Assembly: GCA_002717385.1 (NCBI GenBank) | Contig: PBDR01000017.1 | Span: 8,847 to 72,846, forward strand | Origin: Chloroflexota bacterium | GTDB lineage: Bacteria > Chloroflexota > Dehalococcoidia > Lucifugimonadales > Lucifugimonadaceae | Reading direction: 5' to 3' | DNA length: 64,000 nucleotides | Shown here: positions 41,399 to 51,540 of the stretch, piece by piece | How positions within the stretch are numbered: position 1 is the first letter of the stretch | How the letters are laid out: the number at the start of each line of letters is the position of its first letter | Notes under the pieces: model-generated | Database searches by the model: none | The model's input: the letters and a program-made list of their open reading frames with translations, nothing else | Told to the model about the DNA's origin: nothing | Position numbers and translations under genes: made by a program

Positions 41399-42583
41399 AT
41401 GAAAATAACCTCTGTAAATAGTTACTATATCTCAGATAAATCACAAAATAACTGGGGAGGAGGTAAGGAATATTTTATAGTAAAGATCGAAACAGATATT
41501 GGCCATTATGGACTTGGAGAAGTTGGAATTATTAAATGGGGAAATTCTATAGCATATGCAATAAAACACTTATCAGAATTAATTATCGGTTCTGACCCAT
41601 GGGAAACAGAAAGATTATGGCAAGAAATGTTTAGGTCTAGTTTTTTTCCAGCAGACAAAGTATACACTTGTGCTATTTCTGCAATAGATATTGCACTGTG
41701 GGATATAAAAGGTAAATCAGTTGAAAAGCCAGTATATAAACTTTTAGGTGGTCCAGTAAGAAATAAAGTCATCTGTTATCCTCATACTCAAGGCAGTAAC
41801 ATCAAAGAATTAGTTGAAAGTTGTAAAAAAGCAGTAGATGACGGATGGAAATTTGTCAGATGGGGGCTACCCGAAAGTTCTAGTATTCACCAAAAAAATC
41901 AAGAGATTTCAATTTTAGAACCAACAAAATCTATGAGAATAGCTGTAGAACAAATGTCTAAAGTGAGAGAATCTGTTGGTCCTGATATACAAATTTGTTT
42001 TGATGTACATACCAGACTAGATACTGCACATGTTGTTCAAATGTGTAAAGATTTAGAAGAATTTAAACCTTTTTTCATAGAAGATCCTATTAGATCTGAA
42101 AATCCTGGTAGCTATAAAAACTTAAGACCCCAGATTAGATTACCTATAGCTGCAGGAGAACAATGGGGAACAAAATGGCCTTTCAGAGAAGTAATTGAAG
42201 ATGAATCAATAGATTATGCTAGAATAGATTTATGTATAGTTGGTGGTATTACTGAAGCACTAAAAATCACCCATTGGGCGGAAACTCACTATATAGATAT
42301 TGCCCCTCATAATCCTTTAGGTCCAATTTCCGCTGCGGCATGTGTTTCTTTATCAATGGCTTCTACAAACGTAGGAGTACAAGAAATGCCGCAAAAACCC
42401 GGATCTTACTCTACTAAATTGTTCCCTAAACAAATTAATTGGGAAGATGGATTTGCTTGGTGCCCAGATGAACCTGGCTTGGGAGTAGATATTGATATGA
42501 ATGAAATAGAAAAATCAATCATCGAACCTTTGGGTTTTCCACCGAGGCTAAGAAGAGAAGATGGTTCTATAACAAATTGGTAA
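41399..42583 (+). CDS. Enolase-superfamily dehydratase (ManD/RspA-like subgroup)
   Basis: AIDIALWDIKGK, VRWG, DVHTR, EDP, GEQ, RID and PHNP. Confidence 0.85.
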   Translation: MKITSVNSYYISDKSQNNWGGGKEYFIVKIETDIGHYGLGEVGIIKWGNSIAYAIKHLSELIIGSDPWETERLWQEMFRSSFFPADKVYTCAISAIDIALWDIKGKSVEKPVYKLLGGPVRNKVICYPHTQGSNIKELVESCKKAVDDGWKFVRWGLPESSSIHQKNQEISILEPTKSMRIAVEQMSKVRESVGPDIQICFDVHTRLDTAHVVQMCKDLEEFKPFFIEDPIRSENPGSYKNLRPQIRLPIAAGEQWGTKWPFREVIEDESIDYARIDLCIVGGITEALKITHWAETHYIDIAPHNPLGPISAAACVSLSMASTNVGVQEMPQKPGSYSTKLFPKQINWEDGFAWCPDEPGLGVDIDMNEIEKSIIEPLGFPPRLRREDGSITNW

Positions 42584-42607
42584 AAAATAAAATTTAAGGA
42601 GAAAATT

Positions 42608-42859
42608 ATGCCTTTTTTAAGGTTACCTTCATTATATGGTTTCATAGCAGTATTACTATTTTTAGTAATGTCACTAAACTCTTTCCAAAATGATCAATCT
42701 GGTTCAGGAATTTTATGGGGAATTACTGCAATAGCTTATTTCTTGAGAAATATTCCAAAATTCTTTATTTTTGGTTTTATTAATATTTTTGCATTTATAC
42801 TGCTCATTATAGGTGCAGGTGGAATAATACTTAGTTCTTTAGAACTTTTTAATTTTTAA
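42608..42859 (+). CDS. Small hypothetical membrane protein (about 3 TM)
   Basis: AAGGAG RBS; 83 aa, strongly hydrophobic. Confidence 0.65.
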   Translation: MPFLRLPSLYGFIAVLLFLVMSLNSFQNDQSGSGILWGITAIAYFLRNIPKFFIFGFINIFAFILLIIGAGGIILSSLELFNF

Positions 42860-42864
42860 AAAAA

Positions 42865-43632
42865 CTAATCTATCGAAGCTCCACCATCGATTATCATATT
42901 CGTTCCAGTCATGAAAGATGATTCGTCAGAAGCTAAAAATAATGCCCCATATGCTATCTCTTCTGGTCGTCCCATCCTGTTTAAAAGAGCATCTTTCCCA
43001 AACTCTCTATAAGATTCTTCATGATCAAGACCTAGACGTTCAATATGTATATCAGTTGCACGTGTTTTTATTGATCCAGGAGAAACTGCATTTACTCTTA
43101 TATTTTCTTTAGCAAGATCCATTGCTAAACAACGTGTTAATTGTAATACTGCACCTTTAGAAGAATTATATGGAACAAATTCAGGTTGGGCTATGAATGA
43201 AGATACTGAAGCAATATTTACTATCACTCCTTTGTTATTTTCCCTAAATGAAGGTAGTACTTCCCTAACACAGTTAGCGTATCCAATTACATTCACTCCA
43301 AAAACCTTTGACCAATCATCATTAGTAATTGTTTCCACAGTACCAAATACAAAAGCGGCTGCATTATTTATCAATATATCAATTTCTCCAATTTCTTCAA
43401 TTGAAGATTGTATTAGATTCTTAACAGATTCTGAGTTGGAAGTATCTACATTTCGATATATAGCTTTATTACCAATATTAGTAATATCTTCAACAATTTT
43501 TTTCCCACTAAAATCTTCAATATCGGCAACAACTACATTTGCACCTTCATTAGAAAATAACTTAGCTATTGATGCACCAATTCCATTTCCTGAACCAGTT
43601 ACTATAACATTCTTTGATTTGAGTCTATTCAT
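42865..43632 (-). CDS. Short-chain dehydrogenase/reductase
   Basis: TGSGNGIG, NNAA, YNSSK, RVNAVSPG and DGG. Confidence 0.93.
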   Translation of the reverse strand: MNRLKSKNVIVTGSGNGIGASIAKLFSNEGANVVVADIEDFSGKKIVEDITNIGNKAIYRNVDTSNSESVKNLIQSSIEEIGEIDILINNAAAFVFGTVETITNDDWSKVFGVNVIGYANCVREVLPSFRENNKGVIVNIASVSSFIAQPEFVPYNSSKGAVLQLTRCLAMDLAKENIRVNAVSPGSIKTRATDIHIERLGLDHEESYREFGKDALLNRMGRPEEIAYGALFLASDESSFMTGTNMIIDGGASID

Positions 43633-43734
43633 ATATTAATCTCCGGTATAATAAAAAATATTGAACTTTTTTAATTTAATTATTGTCAGCATATATTCAA
43701 TTTTTTATGATGTCCACGATCTGGAAATAAAATT

Positions 43735-44337
43735 ATGATTAACAAGGGATTTAACCAAAAAAATAATTTAAGTAATAAAAAAAAATTACCTCCTGGACAA
43801 TATTTAGTAGATTATTTGCCTATCCTAACTGCAGGACCTACACCAAAAATTGATTTAAAACTTTGGAATCTAGAAATTTATGACAATCAAGATTTAATGA
43901 AATCTTTTACATGGGAAAAGTTCCTTAAATTACCACAATCAGAATTTTTCACAGATATACATTGCGTTACCAAATGGTCTTTATTTGATACTGTCTGGAA
44001 AGGAGTATATCTTGAGGACATATTAGAAAAATCTAGTATAAATTTTTCATCTGGATATATATATGTTTCATGTTATGGAGGATATACGACAAACATTCCT
44101 ATAAAAGACATCAATAATAAAAAAGGAATGATCGCACATAGCTACAATTCAAAACCATTAGAACCTCCACATGGTGGTCCGGCAAGATTAATTGTGCCAC
44201 ACCTATATTTTTGGAAATCGGCAAAATGGATCAAATCTATACATGTAATTGACAAAGATAAACCTGGTTTTTGGGAATCATATGGATATCATATGTACGG
44301 TGACCCTTGGAAAGAACAAAGATATTATAGTGATTGA
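43735..44337 (+). CDS. Sulfite oxidase-like molybdopterin-dependent oxidoreductase (YuiH-like)
   Basis: LPPGQ, DIHCVTKWS, HGGPARLIVPHLYFWKSAKW and GFWE..GYH..GDPWKEQRY. Confidence 0.9.
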   Translation: MINKGFNQKNNLSNKKKLPPGQYLVDYLPILTAGPTPKIDLKLWNLEIYDNQDLMKSFTWEKFLKLPQSEFFTDIHCVTKWSLFDTVWKGVYLEDILEKSSINFSSGYIYVSCYGGYTTNIPIKDINNKKGMIAHSYNSKPLEPPHGGPARLIVPHLYFWKSAKWIKSIHVIDKDKPGFWESYGYHMYGDPWKEQRYYSD

Positions 44338-44352
44338 AAATATTTAGGTAAA

Positions 44353-45072
44353 ATGAATTGGAATATAGGTAACATAGAAAGTATTTTCAGTATTAGTCCC
44401 AGGGTAAAAGTTTTTAAGTTAAAACTAAAAAATAATCCCAAAAAAATAATAGCTGGGCAATACTTCGATATTAGATTAACTGCTGAAAATGGTTTCCAAG
44501 CACAAAGAAGCTATTCGATTAGCTCATCTCCAAAAAATTTAAAGTTTATAGAATTTACTATAAGCAAATCTCCTAACGGTGAAGTTTCAGAATATTTGCA
44601 CAACAATTTACAGATTGGTGACAAAATTGAAGTCAAAGGTCCTTTAGGCAATTATTTTAATTGGATACCTACCAATAATGATCAAATAATTTTTTTTGCG
44701 GGAGGGACAGGGATTTCTCCATTTATGTCAATGATTCGTCATAAAATAGAAACTCAAAATAACTCAAAATTTAAACTCATGTTTTCATCTAGAACAATTA
44801 AGGATATTCTTTTTTTTGATGAACTGAATAAATATACAATTCTAGATCCTTCATTCGATATGAAAATCACTTTAACAAGGGAAAAAAGTTCATTGTGGAA
44901 AGGTTTGACAGGAAGATTTTCAATCAATGAAATTGAAAAATCATTACATAATATTGATAAGAATTCAGTAAATTATATTTGTGGTCCTACAAATTTCGTA
45001 GAAAAAATTTCTAGTATCATTCTTGATTTAGGAGTAAATTACGATCTTATTAAAACTGAAAGATTTGGATAA
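44353..45072 (+). CDS. FNR-like FAD/NAD(P)-binding oxidoreductase
   Basis: GQY, RSYSISS, GEVS, GPLG, AGGTGISPF, YICGP and ERFG. Confidence 0.9.
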   Translation: MNWNIGNIESIFSISPRVKVFKLKLKNNPKKIIAGQYFDIRLTAENGFQAQRSYSISSSPKNLKFIEFTISKSPNGEVSEYLHNNLQIGDKIEVKGPLGNYFNWIPTNNDQIIFFAGGTGISPFMSMIRHKIETQNNSKFKLMFSSRTIKDILFFDELNKYTILDPSFDMKITLTREKSSLWKGLTGRFSINEIEKSLHNIDKNSVNYICGPTNFVEKISSIILDLGVNYDLIKTERFG

Positions 45073-45089
45073 AACTTATAAATTTAAAT

Positions 45090-45668
45090 TTACTTAGGGT
45101 AATCTAATTTTAAATTACATTTATAGTCCGATTTTTTAGAATCCTTAAAAACCTTCACAGGAGGATACAAATTCGCTCTTCTTACTGGTCTTTTACGATC
45201 TTTAACTAAACTCATAGGTAATGGAAGTACGACATTCTGTGAGCCTGCAATTATTCCACTGGGATCATGAACTAAATTCGGTCCCCCTTCTGCCTCAACC
45301 AACCAGTATTGATTGTTAGAAGACACAGTACTTTGATTTTTAATTTCTGTAACATTCCAAATCAATTCTCCTCCAGCTTCAGTAATAAGCCAATCATACA
45401 TAGTTTGATCACTTGGCCAAACTACATATGGGACTTTATTTTCACTGAGCTGTATATAACCGCCAGCACTCACAACAATATTAGCTCTTTCAACATCACC
45501 TATCCCGTAATGTTTAAACCATAAATCCGTTTTTCCTGAAGGAGCAGGACATTTTTGTAAATCAAGTTTTACAATCTCAATTATTTCTTCGTTAGATTTT
45601 TTTTCAGTACATGAAAAAAGAAAAAAACTAAAGAAAAATAAACTGATTGGTAAAAAAAAATATCTCAT
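45090..45668 (-). CDS. Hypothetical lipoprotein
   Basis: Signal peptide with LFSC lipobox; no recognised domain. Confidence 0.65.
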   Translation of the reverse strand: MRYFFLPISLFFFSFFLFSCTEKKSNEEIIEIVKLDLQKCPAPSGKTDLWFKHYGIGDVERANIVVSAGGYIQLSENKVPYVVWPSDQTMYDWLITEAGGELIWNVTEIKNQSTVSSNNQYWLVEAEGGPNLVHDPSGIIAGSQNVVLPLPMSLVKDRKRPVRRANLYPPVKVFKDSKKSDYKCNLKLDYPK

Positions 45669-45689
45669 TGTAAACTAATAATAATGATG

Positions 45690-46505
45690 TTAATTACCTT
45701 GAAATTTCGGGAGTCTTTTTTCCATAAACGCTCTTCTACCTTCGACATAATCTTTACTTTCAAAGCATTCTTGAACCATTTTATTAACCTTCATAATATC
45801 TCTATCATCAGGATCTTTTATGCCTTCATTCACAGCAGATTTTATAGATCTAATTGTTAAAGGAGCATTATTAACAATATTATCAGTTATTTTATGGATA
45901 TAAGAATCTATTTTTTTAATTCCAATAACTGAATTTACTAATCCCATTCTTAATGCTTCTTCAGAATTAAATTTCCTTCCGGTAAAAAAAATTTCTTTCG
46001 TATAAGATGGTCCTACTAATTCCATTAGTTGTTTGACTCCAGCATACCTATAACCAACACCCAACTTAGCTGCTGGAACAGCAAATAATGAATCATTAGA
46101 AGCAATTCGTATATCTGCAGATAAAGCTATAGCTAACCCACCCCCAATACAATAACCTTTAATCATAGCAATTAATGGCTTTTCAGATGTTAACAATGAT
46201 ATGTTTGCTGCATTAGTTGCTTGATCGTATATTTCTACTTGCTTTTTAGTATTGCGTTTATCTTCAAATTCTGAAATATCTGCTCCTGATACAAATGACT
46301 TATTTCCTGCACCAGATATTACAATAACTCGTACTTCGGAGTTTGAATTAAAATAATCTATTATCTTCGGTATAGATTTCCACATATCAAAAGATACAGC
46401 ATTTCTTTTTTTTGGTTGATTAAAAATCATCCACCCAACTCCATTTTCTGATTTTACAATCATTCGATCAGTATTAAGTAACAAATCTTTCATTTTAAAA
46501 CGCAC
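45690..46505 (-). CDS. Enoyl-CoA hydratase/isomerase family protein
   Basis: FVSGADISEF, KPLIAMIKGYCIGGG, DIRIA and EGRRAFMEKR. Confidence 0.92.
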   Translation of the reverse strand: MRFKMKDLLLNTDRMIVKSENGVGWMIFNQPKKRNAVSFDMWKSIPKIIDYFNSNSEVRVIVISGAGNKSFVSGADISEFEDKRNTKKQVEIYDQATNAANISLLTSEKPLIAMIKGYCIGGGLAIALSADIRIASNDSLFAVPAAKLGVGYRYAGVKQLMELVGPSYTKEIFFTGRKFNSEEALRMGLVNSVIGIKKIDSYIHKITDNIVNNAPLTIRSIKSAVNEGIKDPDDRDIMKVNKMVQECFESKDYVEGRRAFMEKRLPKFQGN

Positions 46506-46514
46506 ACCCTTTTA

Positions 46515-47681
46515 TTAAATTACCTTATCGATTCGAAATTGATTTATATCCTCTTGAGAGTACCCAATTTCTAATAAAATTTCGTCGGTATGTTCACCTT
46601 GATCAGGTGTTGGACTTCGAACAGAAGAAAAAGTACGACTAAGTTTAATAGCCTGATTAACTACATTGAATATACCCAGTCGTGGATGTTCGATTGGTAC
46701 ACTCATATTAAGTTCCTTAACTTGCGGATCCGAAAAAACTTTATCTATAGTATATATAGGACCTGCTGGACATCCATTTTCATTAAGTAATTTTATCCAA
46801 TATTTGCTTGTTTTTTTTAAAGTAATTATAGAAATTTCTTTATTCATTAAATCTCTGTTTTTTAGCCTCAAATCAGAAGTTTTAAATCTTTCATCATAAA
46901 TAAGATGTTCTGCATTCATAGCTTTACACATTCGTTCATAAATAACCCCACCTGCAGAAGCAATATTAATATGCCCATCAGAAGTAGGAAAAACTCCTGT
47001 AGGTACACTAGTAGGATGATCATTTCCTGTACTTTCAGGAATCTCATTATCTTTAAGATATCGAGCAGCTTGAAAATCTAGCATTTGTATTTGAGCTTCT
47101 AATAAAGAAGTTGTCACCCATTGTCCTTTCCCAGATACTTCACGTTCCAACAATGCTAAAAGTATACCTTGGGCACAAAAAATTCCAGCACATAAATCGG
47201 CAATTGGAATTCCGACTCTCATTGGACCATATCCAGGTTTACCTGTAATAGACATTAACCCACCCATGCCTTGAGCAACCTGATCAAATCCGGGTCTCGA
47301 AGCATATGGACCACTTTGTCCAAAACCTGAAATACTTGCAAGTATGATTTTTGGGTTTATTTTTGATAATATTTTATAATCGATACCTAACCTAAATTTG
47401 ACATCTGGTCGATAATTTTCAACAACAATATCTGATTGTTTAATCAATTTATAAAATATAGATTTTCCTATGTCAGATTTTAGATTTATAGTAATTGATC
47501 TTTTATTTCTGTGAAGATTTTGGAAATCAAAACCATCTCTATCTCCCCCTAAATCTTCTTTACCATCTGGTGGAACTTCTACTTTTATTACATTAGCTCC
47601 CCAATCGGAAAGTTGCTTAACGCAAGTAGGACCAGATCTTACACGTGTTAAATCAATAACTTTAAATTTAGATAATGGCAT
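46515..47681 (-). CDS. CoA-transferase family III (CaiB/BaiF)
   Basis: GANVIKVE, RNKRS, ENYRP, SISGFGQSGP, GFDQVAQ and GEHTDEIL. Confidence 0.93.
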   Translation of the reverse strand: MPLSKFKVIDLTRVRSGPTCVKQLSDWGANVIKVEVPPDGKEDLGGDRDGFDFQNLHRNKRSITINLKSDIGKSIFYKLIKQSDIVVENYRPDVKFRLGIDYKILSKINPKIILASISGFGQSGPYASRPGFDQVAQGMGGLMSITGKPGYGPMRVGIPIADLCAGIFCAQGILLALLEREVSGKGQWVTTSLLEAQIQMLDFQAARYLKDNEIPESTGNDHPTSVPTGVFPTSDGHINIASAGGVIYERMCKAMNAEHLIYDERFKTSDLRLKNRDLMNKEISIITLKKTSKYWIKLLNENGCPAGPIYTIDKVFSDPQVKELNMSVPIEHPRLGIFNVVNQAIKLSRTFSSVRSPTPDQGEHTDEILLEIGYSQEDINQFRIDKVI

Positions 47682-47725
47682 GATTTTTTCTTTTTATCTT
47701 TTTAAAGGAAATATATATATGATTT

Positions 47726-48433
47726 TCATCTATTACTACGTCTACCCTTTAATACACTAAAAAATCTATCTTGATATTCATCAAAAAGTCCCCAATTCTC
47801 CAATTCATTATGCAATCTTGAAGGATCAAGATCACCTTGTTTAACTTGTAAAAACATATCATCAATCCTTACTCTAGCATCATTAGGAATACCGTTGATT
47901 ATATCTAATCTTCCGCTATTTTTAAATTGTTCTTTATTTGAAGAAAAGGATTGATTAGTCCAATCAAAAATAAATTTCATTAATGAAACATCCCATAATT
48001 CATCTACCCCAATTATTACAGCTTCTAAAGATCGGGATTCCTTGTCAATTTTTTTTGCTATACGCTCTGCTACTTGTTCAGGATTATTAGATACAATCTG
48101 GGTTTCTTTAGGCTGATTATGATAAGTGTAAAGTATCCCTGGATCATTTGCTTGACCTCTTCTTATAAGCTCTTTTAAAAACTCTTGAGCTTGATCTCCA
48201 AATCCTACTGCCCTAGACAAAAAATTTGGTGTCACTATTTTTGGAGTTTCTGCTCTCACAATTCCGCGCCTTACAATAGATTCTTCTTTTCTATGATCAA
48301 TATTTATTGCTTGATATAAGGGTTGGGTAACTAAATTATAAGTGACCGTAGTTGTTCCAAATGCATATATTTCCTGTTTAGGAGGTCTTACGATTAGGGT
48401 ATTTAGTAGAACCTTTAAATGTTTGGGATCCAT
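47726..48433 (-). CDS. Hypothetical protein (conserved-looking, soluble)
   Basis: 235-aa ORF with normal composition; no family confidently recognised. Confidence 0.7.
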   Translation of the reverse strand: MDPKHLKVLLNTLIVRPPKQEIYAFGTTTVTYNLVTQPLYQAINIDHRKEESIVRRGIVRAETPKIVTPNFLSRAVGFGDQAQEFLKELIRRGQANDPGILYTYHNQPKETQIVSNNPEQVAERIAKKIDKESRSLEAVIIGVDELWDVSLMKFIFDWTNQSFSSNKEQFKNSGRLDIINGIPNDARVRIDDMFLQVKQGDLDPSRLHNELENWGLFDEYQDRFFSVLKGRRSNR

Positions 48434-48534
48434 ATAATAAATTTTATCACTGCTAAAATATATAACTTATTTTATAACTATTTAGTATATTTGTGAATTT
48501 ATTTAGAGAGCACAAAAGTTTTTGGGGAAAATTA

Positions 48535-49623
48535 TTATACTTCTACTTTGAGAATTTCACATAATTCAATTTGTTGTTGTTGATCTAATGGATTTACTGA
48601 TAAAACAGAACTGTTTTTTCCAGAAGAATAAAATTTTGATAAGTTTTCCAAAACTTTTTTAAATTCTTGATTAGTTATTCCTATATCATTAGGTCGATAA
48701 CGAACTTTACATACTTCTAACATATTTTCTATTTGATAAGTATCTTCTCCACATGCAAATTCTACTATGACAGCTCCAAGAGCAGCCATTTCACCATGTA
48801 TTAAACCTCCCCTGTTTAAAATGCTTTCAATTGCTTGAGTCATTGCATGCCCTGCACCGGTCATATATTCTGATTTAACCATTCTGTCGTCCCTCTCATG
48901 TATAGAATTCATAATAAATTTAACAGTTTCGTTAGAAAAATCACCTTCATCATCCAAAGTTTCTGGAAATTTTTCAACAAGTGATTCTAAATATTCTCTA
49001 GCAGGACGAATTAATTTTTCATCAACAGGAGGAAAAATTGGATTCTCTCCATCTTTAGAAAAATTGGATAAATATTTCCATTCATTAAAATCTGACCCCA
49101 TACAAAGAACATCACCAATTCCGGCAGAATTTAAATACCAAGGTGATTTAAGTACTAAATCGTAGTCTACTAACACATGTTCAAAATCACAATATGGCCA
49201 CTGATCAACCTGATCAATAGTGTTTCTGCCTTTCCATTTTGCAAACATCCCATGAATTATTGCTCCAGTAGACACAATTGAAGGAACTAATCGTAAAGGT
49301 AAATCTTTTTTTAAAGCAACATATTTTGAAGCATCTAATGCTGTTCCTCCACCAAATCCTACTACTAACTCCGCATCATCCGGCAGAGAATTAGAAACCT
49401 CTTCTAAATGTCCCCAATCTAGCATATTAACAGTACCTATTCCAAGAGGATCGGAACTTAAAAATTCACCAGCATTTTTACCAGAAGTCTTTGTGGTGAT
49501 CATAATATAGGGAGGCCATTTTTCACTTTCAGACTTAATCAGTCCTGTCCCATACTTAATTTCAACTTCTCTTGCGGGTCTAAAATTAGTACCATTAATC
49601 CAACTTCTACCTAATTCTGTCAT
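48535..49623 (-). CDS. Glycerol-1-phosphate/glycerol dehydrogenase-like metal-dependent dehydrogenase (DHQS/Fe-ADH superfamily)
   Basis: GFGGGTALDASKY, PSIVSTGA, AGIGD, GHA and HGE. Confidence 0.75.
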   Translation of the reverse strand: MTELGRSWINGTNFRPAREVEIKYGTGLIKSESEKWPPYIMITTKTSGKNAGEFLSSDPLGIGTVNMLDWGHLEEVSNSLPDDAELVVGFGGGTALDASKYVALKKDLPLRLVPSIVSTGAIIHGMFAKWKGRNTIDQVDQWPYCDFEHVLVDYDLVLKSPWYLNSAGIGDVLCMGSDFNEWKYLSNFSKDGENPIFPPVDEKLIRPAREYLESLVEKFPETLDDEGDFSNETVKFIMNSIHERDDRMVKSEYMTGAGHAMTQAIESILNRGGLIHGEMAALGAVIVEFACGEDTYQIENMLEVCKVRYRPNDIGITNQEFKKVLENLSKFYSSGKNSSVLSVNPLDQQQQIELCEILKVEV

Positions 49624-49661
49624 TTCATTCGTCCTTATCTACTATCATATCTAATATATCA

Positions 49662-50516
49662 TTATATTTGTCTTAGTCTAGGATCATAATAATCTCTCAA
49701 CCAATCACCTAAAAAATTAAATGCGAAAACTGTTAAAAATATAGCCATTCCTGGCATCACAGCGATCCACCAAGCGTTTGCAAGAAATTGTCTGCCATCT
49801 GCAACCATAGTTCCCCAAGCAGGTTGTGGAGCTGGTATTCCTACCCCTAAATAACTTAAAACTGATTCTGTAAGTATTAAGCTTCCTACTTGCAAAGTCG
49901 CTAACACAATAACTATATTAACCAATCCAGGAAGAATATGACGAAAACCTATCCTGAAAGGACCTGCTCCAGCTATTCTTGCAGCAGCAACATAATCAGT
50001 ATCTTTGAGCTGTAAAGTTAATCCACGGGTCTGCCTAGCGAATGGGGGCCAACTAAAAATTATAAGAAGGATAAGTAATAAACTTAGACTACTACCAAAT
50101 ACGACTGTAGCTACCATTGCCACTAATAGGAATGGTATAGCGTAGGTCATATCTACCAAACGCATGATTATCTCATCCCATACCCCACCTTTATAACCAG
50201 CTACAATTCCAGCGAAAGTACCTATAGTTCCTCCAGATATAAGGACTGCTCCTGCAACCATCAGAGAAATACGTGAACCATAAATTATTCTACTTAACAA
50301 ATCTCTACCAATAAAATCCCCGCCAAGCAAATATTCTAGTGTACCGCCTTCTAACCAAAAAGGAGGCTGTTTTATTTTAGAAAGATCAGAATATAGTGGA
50401 TCATTAGGGGAAACAAACTGAGCAAAAAGTGCGATAAAAATCAACAAAATTATTATAAGTACAGGTAATATCGGATATCTTCTTATAAATGTATATGTAT
50501 CGGTAAATTTTTTCAT
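49662..50516 (-). CDS. Dpp/Opp-type ABC transporter permease (DppC-like)
   Basis: GGDFIGRDLLSRIIYGSR, EAA-like DYVAAAR..GA, and NFLGDWLRD..DPR. Confidence 0.93.
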   Translation of the reverse strand: MKKFTDTYTFIRRYPILPVLIIILLIFIALFAQFVSPNDPLYSDLSKIKQPPFWLEGGTLEYLLGGDFIGRDLLSRIIYGSRISLMVAGAVLISGGTIGTFAGIVAGYKGGVWDEIIMRLVDMTYAIPFLLVAMVATVVFGSSLSLLLILLIIFSWPPFARQTRGLTLQLKDTDYVAAARIAGAGPFRIGFRHILPGLVNIVIVLATLQVGSLILTESVLSYLGVGIPAPQPAWGTMVADGRQFLANAWWIAVMPGMAIFLTVFAFNFLGDWLRDYYDPRLRQI

Positions 50517-50521
50517 AATTT

Positions 50522-51448
50522 TTATTTAAATATTCGAATTCTTGGATCTATAACAGCATACAAAATATCAGCCATTAAACTACTCAACAAAAATATCCCT
50601 GAAAATATAACTGCAAGACCGGTAACAAGAGGAAAATCGTTATGTCTTGTTGCTTCAACCAATAATCTTCCCAGCCCTGGCCATGCGAATACGGTTTCAA
50701 CGACCACCGTACCAGTAATAAAACTAGCAAATAAAACTGCAGCAACAGTTAGAGGAGCAATTAAAGCATTTCTAAATGCATGTTTCAATATAACTTTAAC
50801 ATTGGTCACCCCTTTGGCACGTGCGAGTTTTACGTATTCACTATCAAGAACCTCCAATAAAGCAGATCGTGTTATTCTTGCTATTCCAGCAGAAGCAAGC
50901 CATGCCAAAGTTGCTACGGGTAAAATATAATTACTCCAACCACCTGTTCTAGAAGTAGGTACCCAATCTAAATGCACAGCAAAAAAGTAAATCAACAAAA
51001 TAGCTATCCAAAATGGTGGTGCAGCTTGACCAATTAAAGCAAAACCTCGAATAAAAAGATCAAAAAAGTTTCCTCGATTTACAGCTGATAAGATTCCTAA
51101 TGAAAGGCCTAAAAAAATTGCCATAATATATGATACTGAAGAGAGTTTTAAAGTAGCTGGGGCTCTTTCAATAATAACATCCAATGAATTTCTTTTATGC
51201 CAAACAGAATCTCCGAAATTACCTTGTGCTGCCCTTCCCGCCCAAAGTAAATATTGAACCATAAAAGGCTTATCTAATCCTAGATCTTTACCTCTAGCAT
51301 CCCACGCCTCTTGTGACCATCTACTTCCTGGAGTCATATAAAGTAAGCGAGGGTCACCAGACATTCTTGAAAGTCCAAAGACTATAAATGTCACTCCCAT
51401 CATCACTATAATTATATAAATCAGTCTGAAAAACAGAAATCTAGCCAT
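50522..51448 (-). CDS. Dpp/Opp-type ABC transporter permease (DppB-like)
   Basis: GLDKP, EYVKLARAKG, ETVFAWPGLGRL and DPRIR. Confidence 0.93.
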   Translation of the reverse strand: MARFLFFRLIYIIIVMMGVTFIVFGLSRMSGDPRLLYMTPGSRWSQEAWDARGKDLGLDKPFMVQYLLWAGRAAQGNFGDSVWHKRNSLDVIIERAPATLKLSSVSYIMAIFLGLSLGILSAVNRGNFFDLFIRGFALIGQAAPPFWIAILLIYFFAVHLDWVPTSRTGGWSNYILPVATLAWLASAGIARITRSALLEVLDSEYVKLARAKGVTNVKVILKHAFRNALIAPLTVAAVLFASFITGTVVVETVFAWPGLGRLLVEATRHNDFPLVTGLAVIFSGIFLLSSLMADILYAVIDPRIRIFK

Positions 51449-51474
51449 TAATAAAAAACCCCTCCATAGTTTTT

Positions 51475-51519
51475 AAAAAATACTTGACCGTAACCATTAA
51501 TTTGGTCACGGTCAAGTAT
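51475..51519 (-). terminator. Intrinsic terminator/stabilising hairpin after the substrate-binding protein gene
   Basis: Minus-strand ATACTTGACCGTGACCA-AATTAA-TGGTTACGGTCAAGTAT, a roughly 17-bp stem followed by a T-run. Confidence 0.8.
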
Positions 51520-51540
51520 ATAAGTAATTAGAGTATCTAT

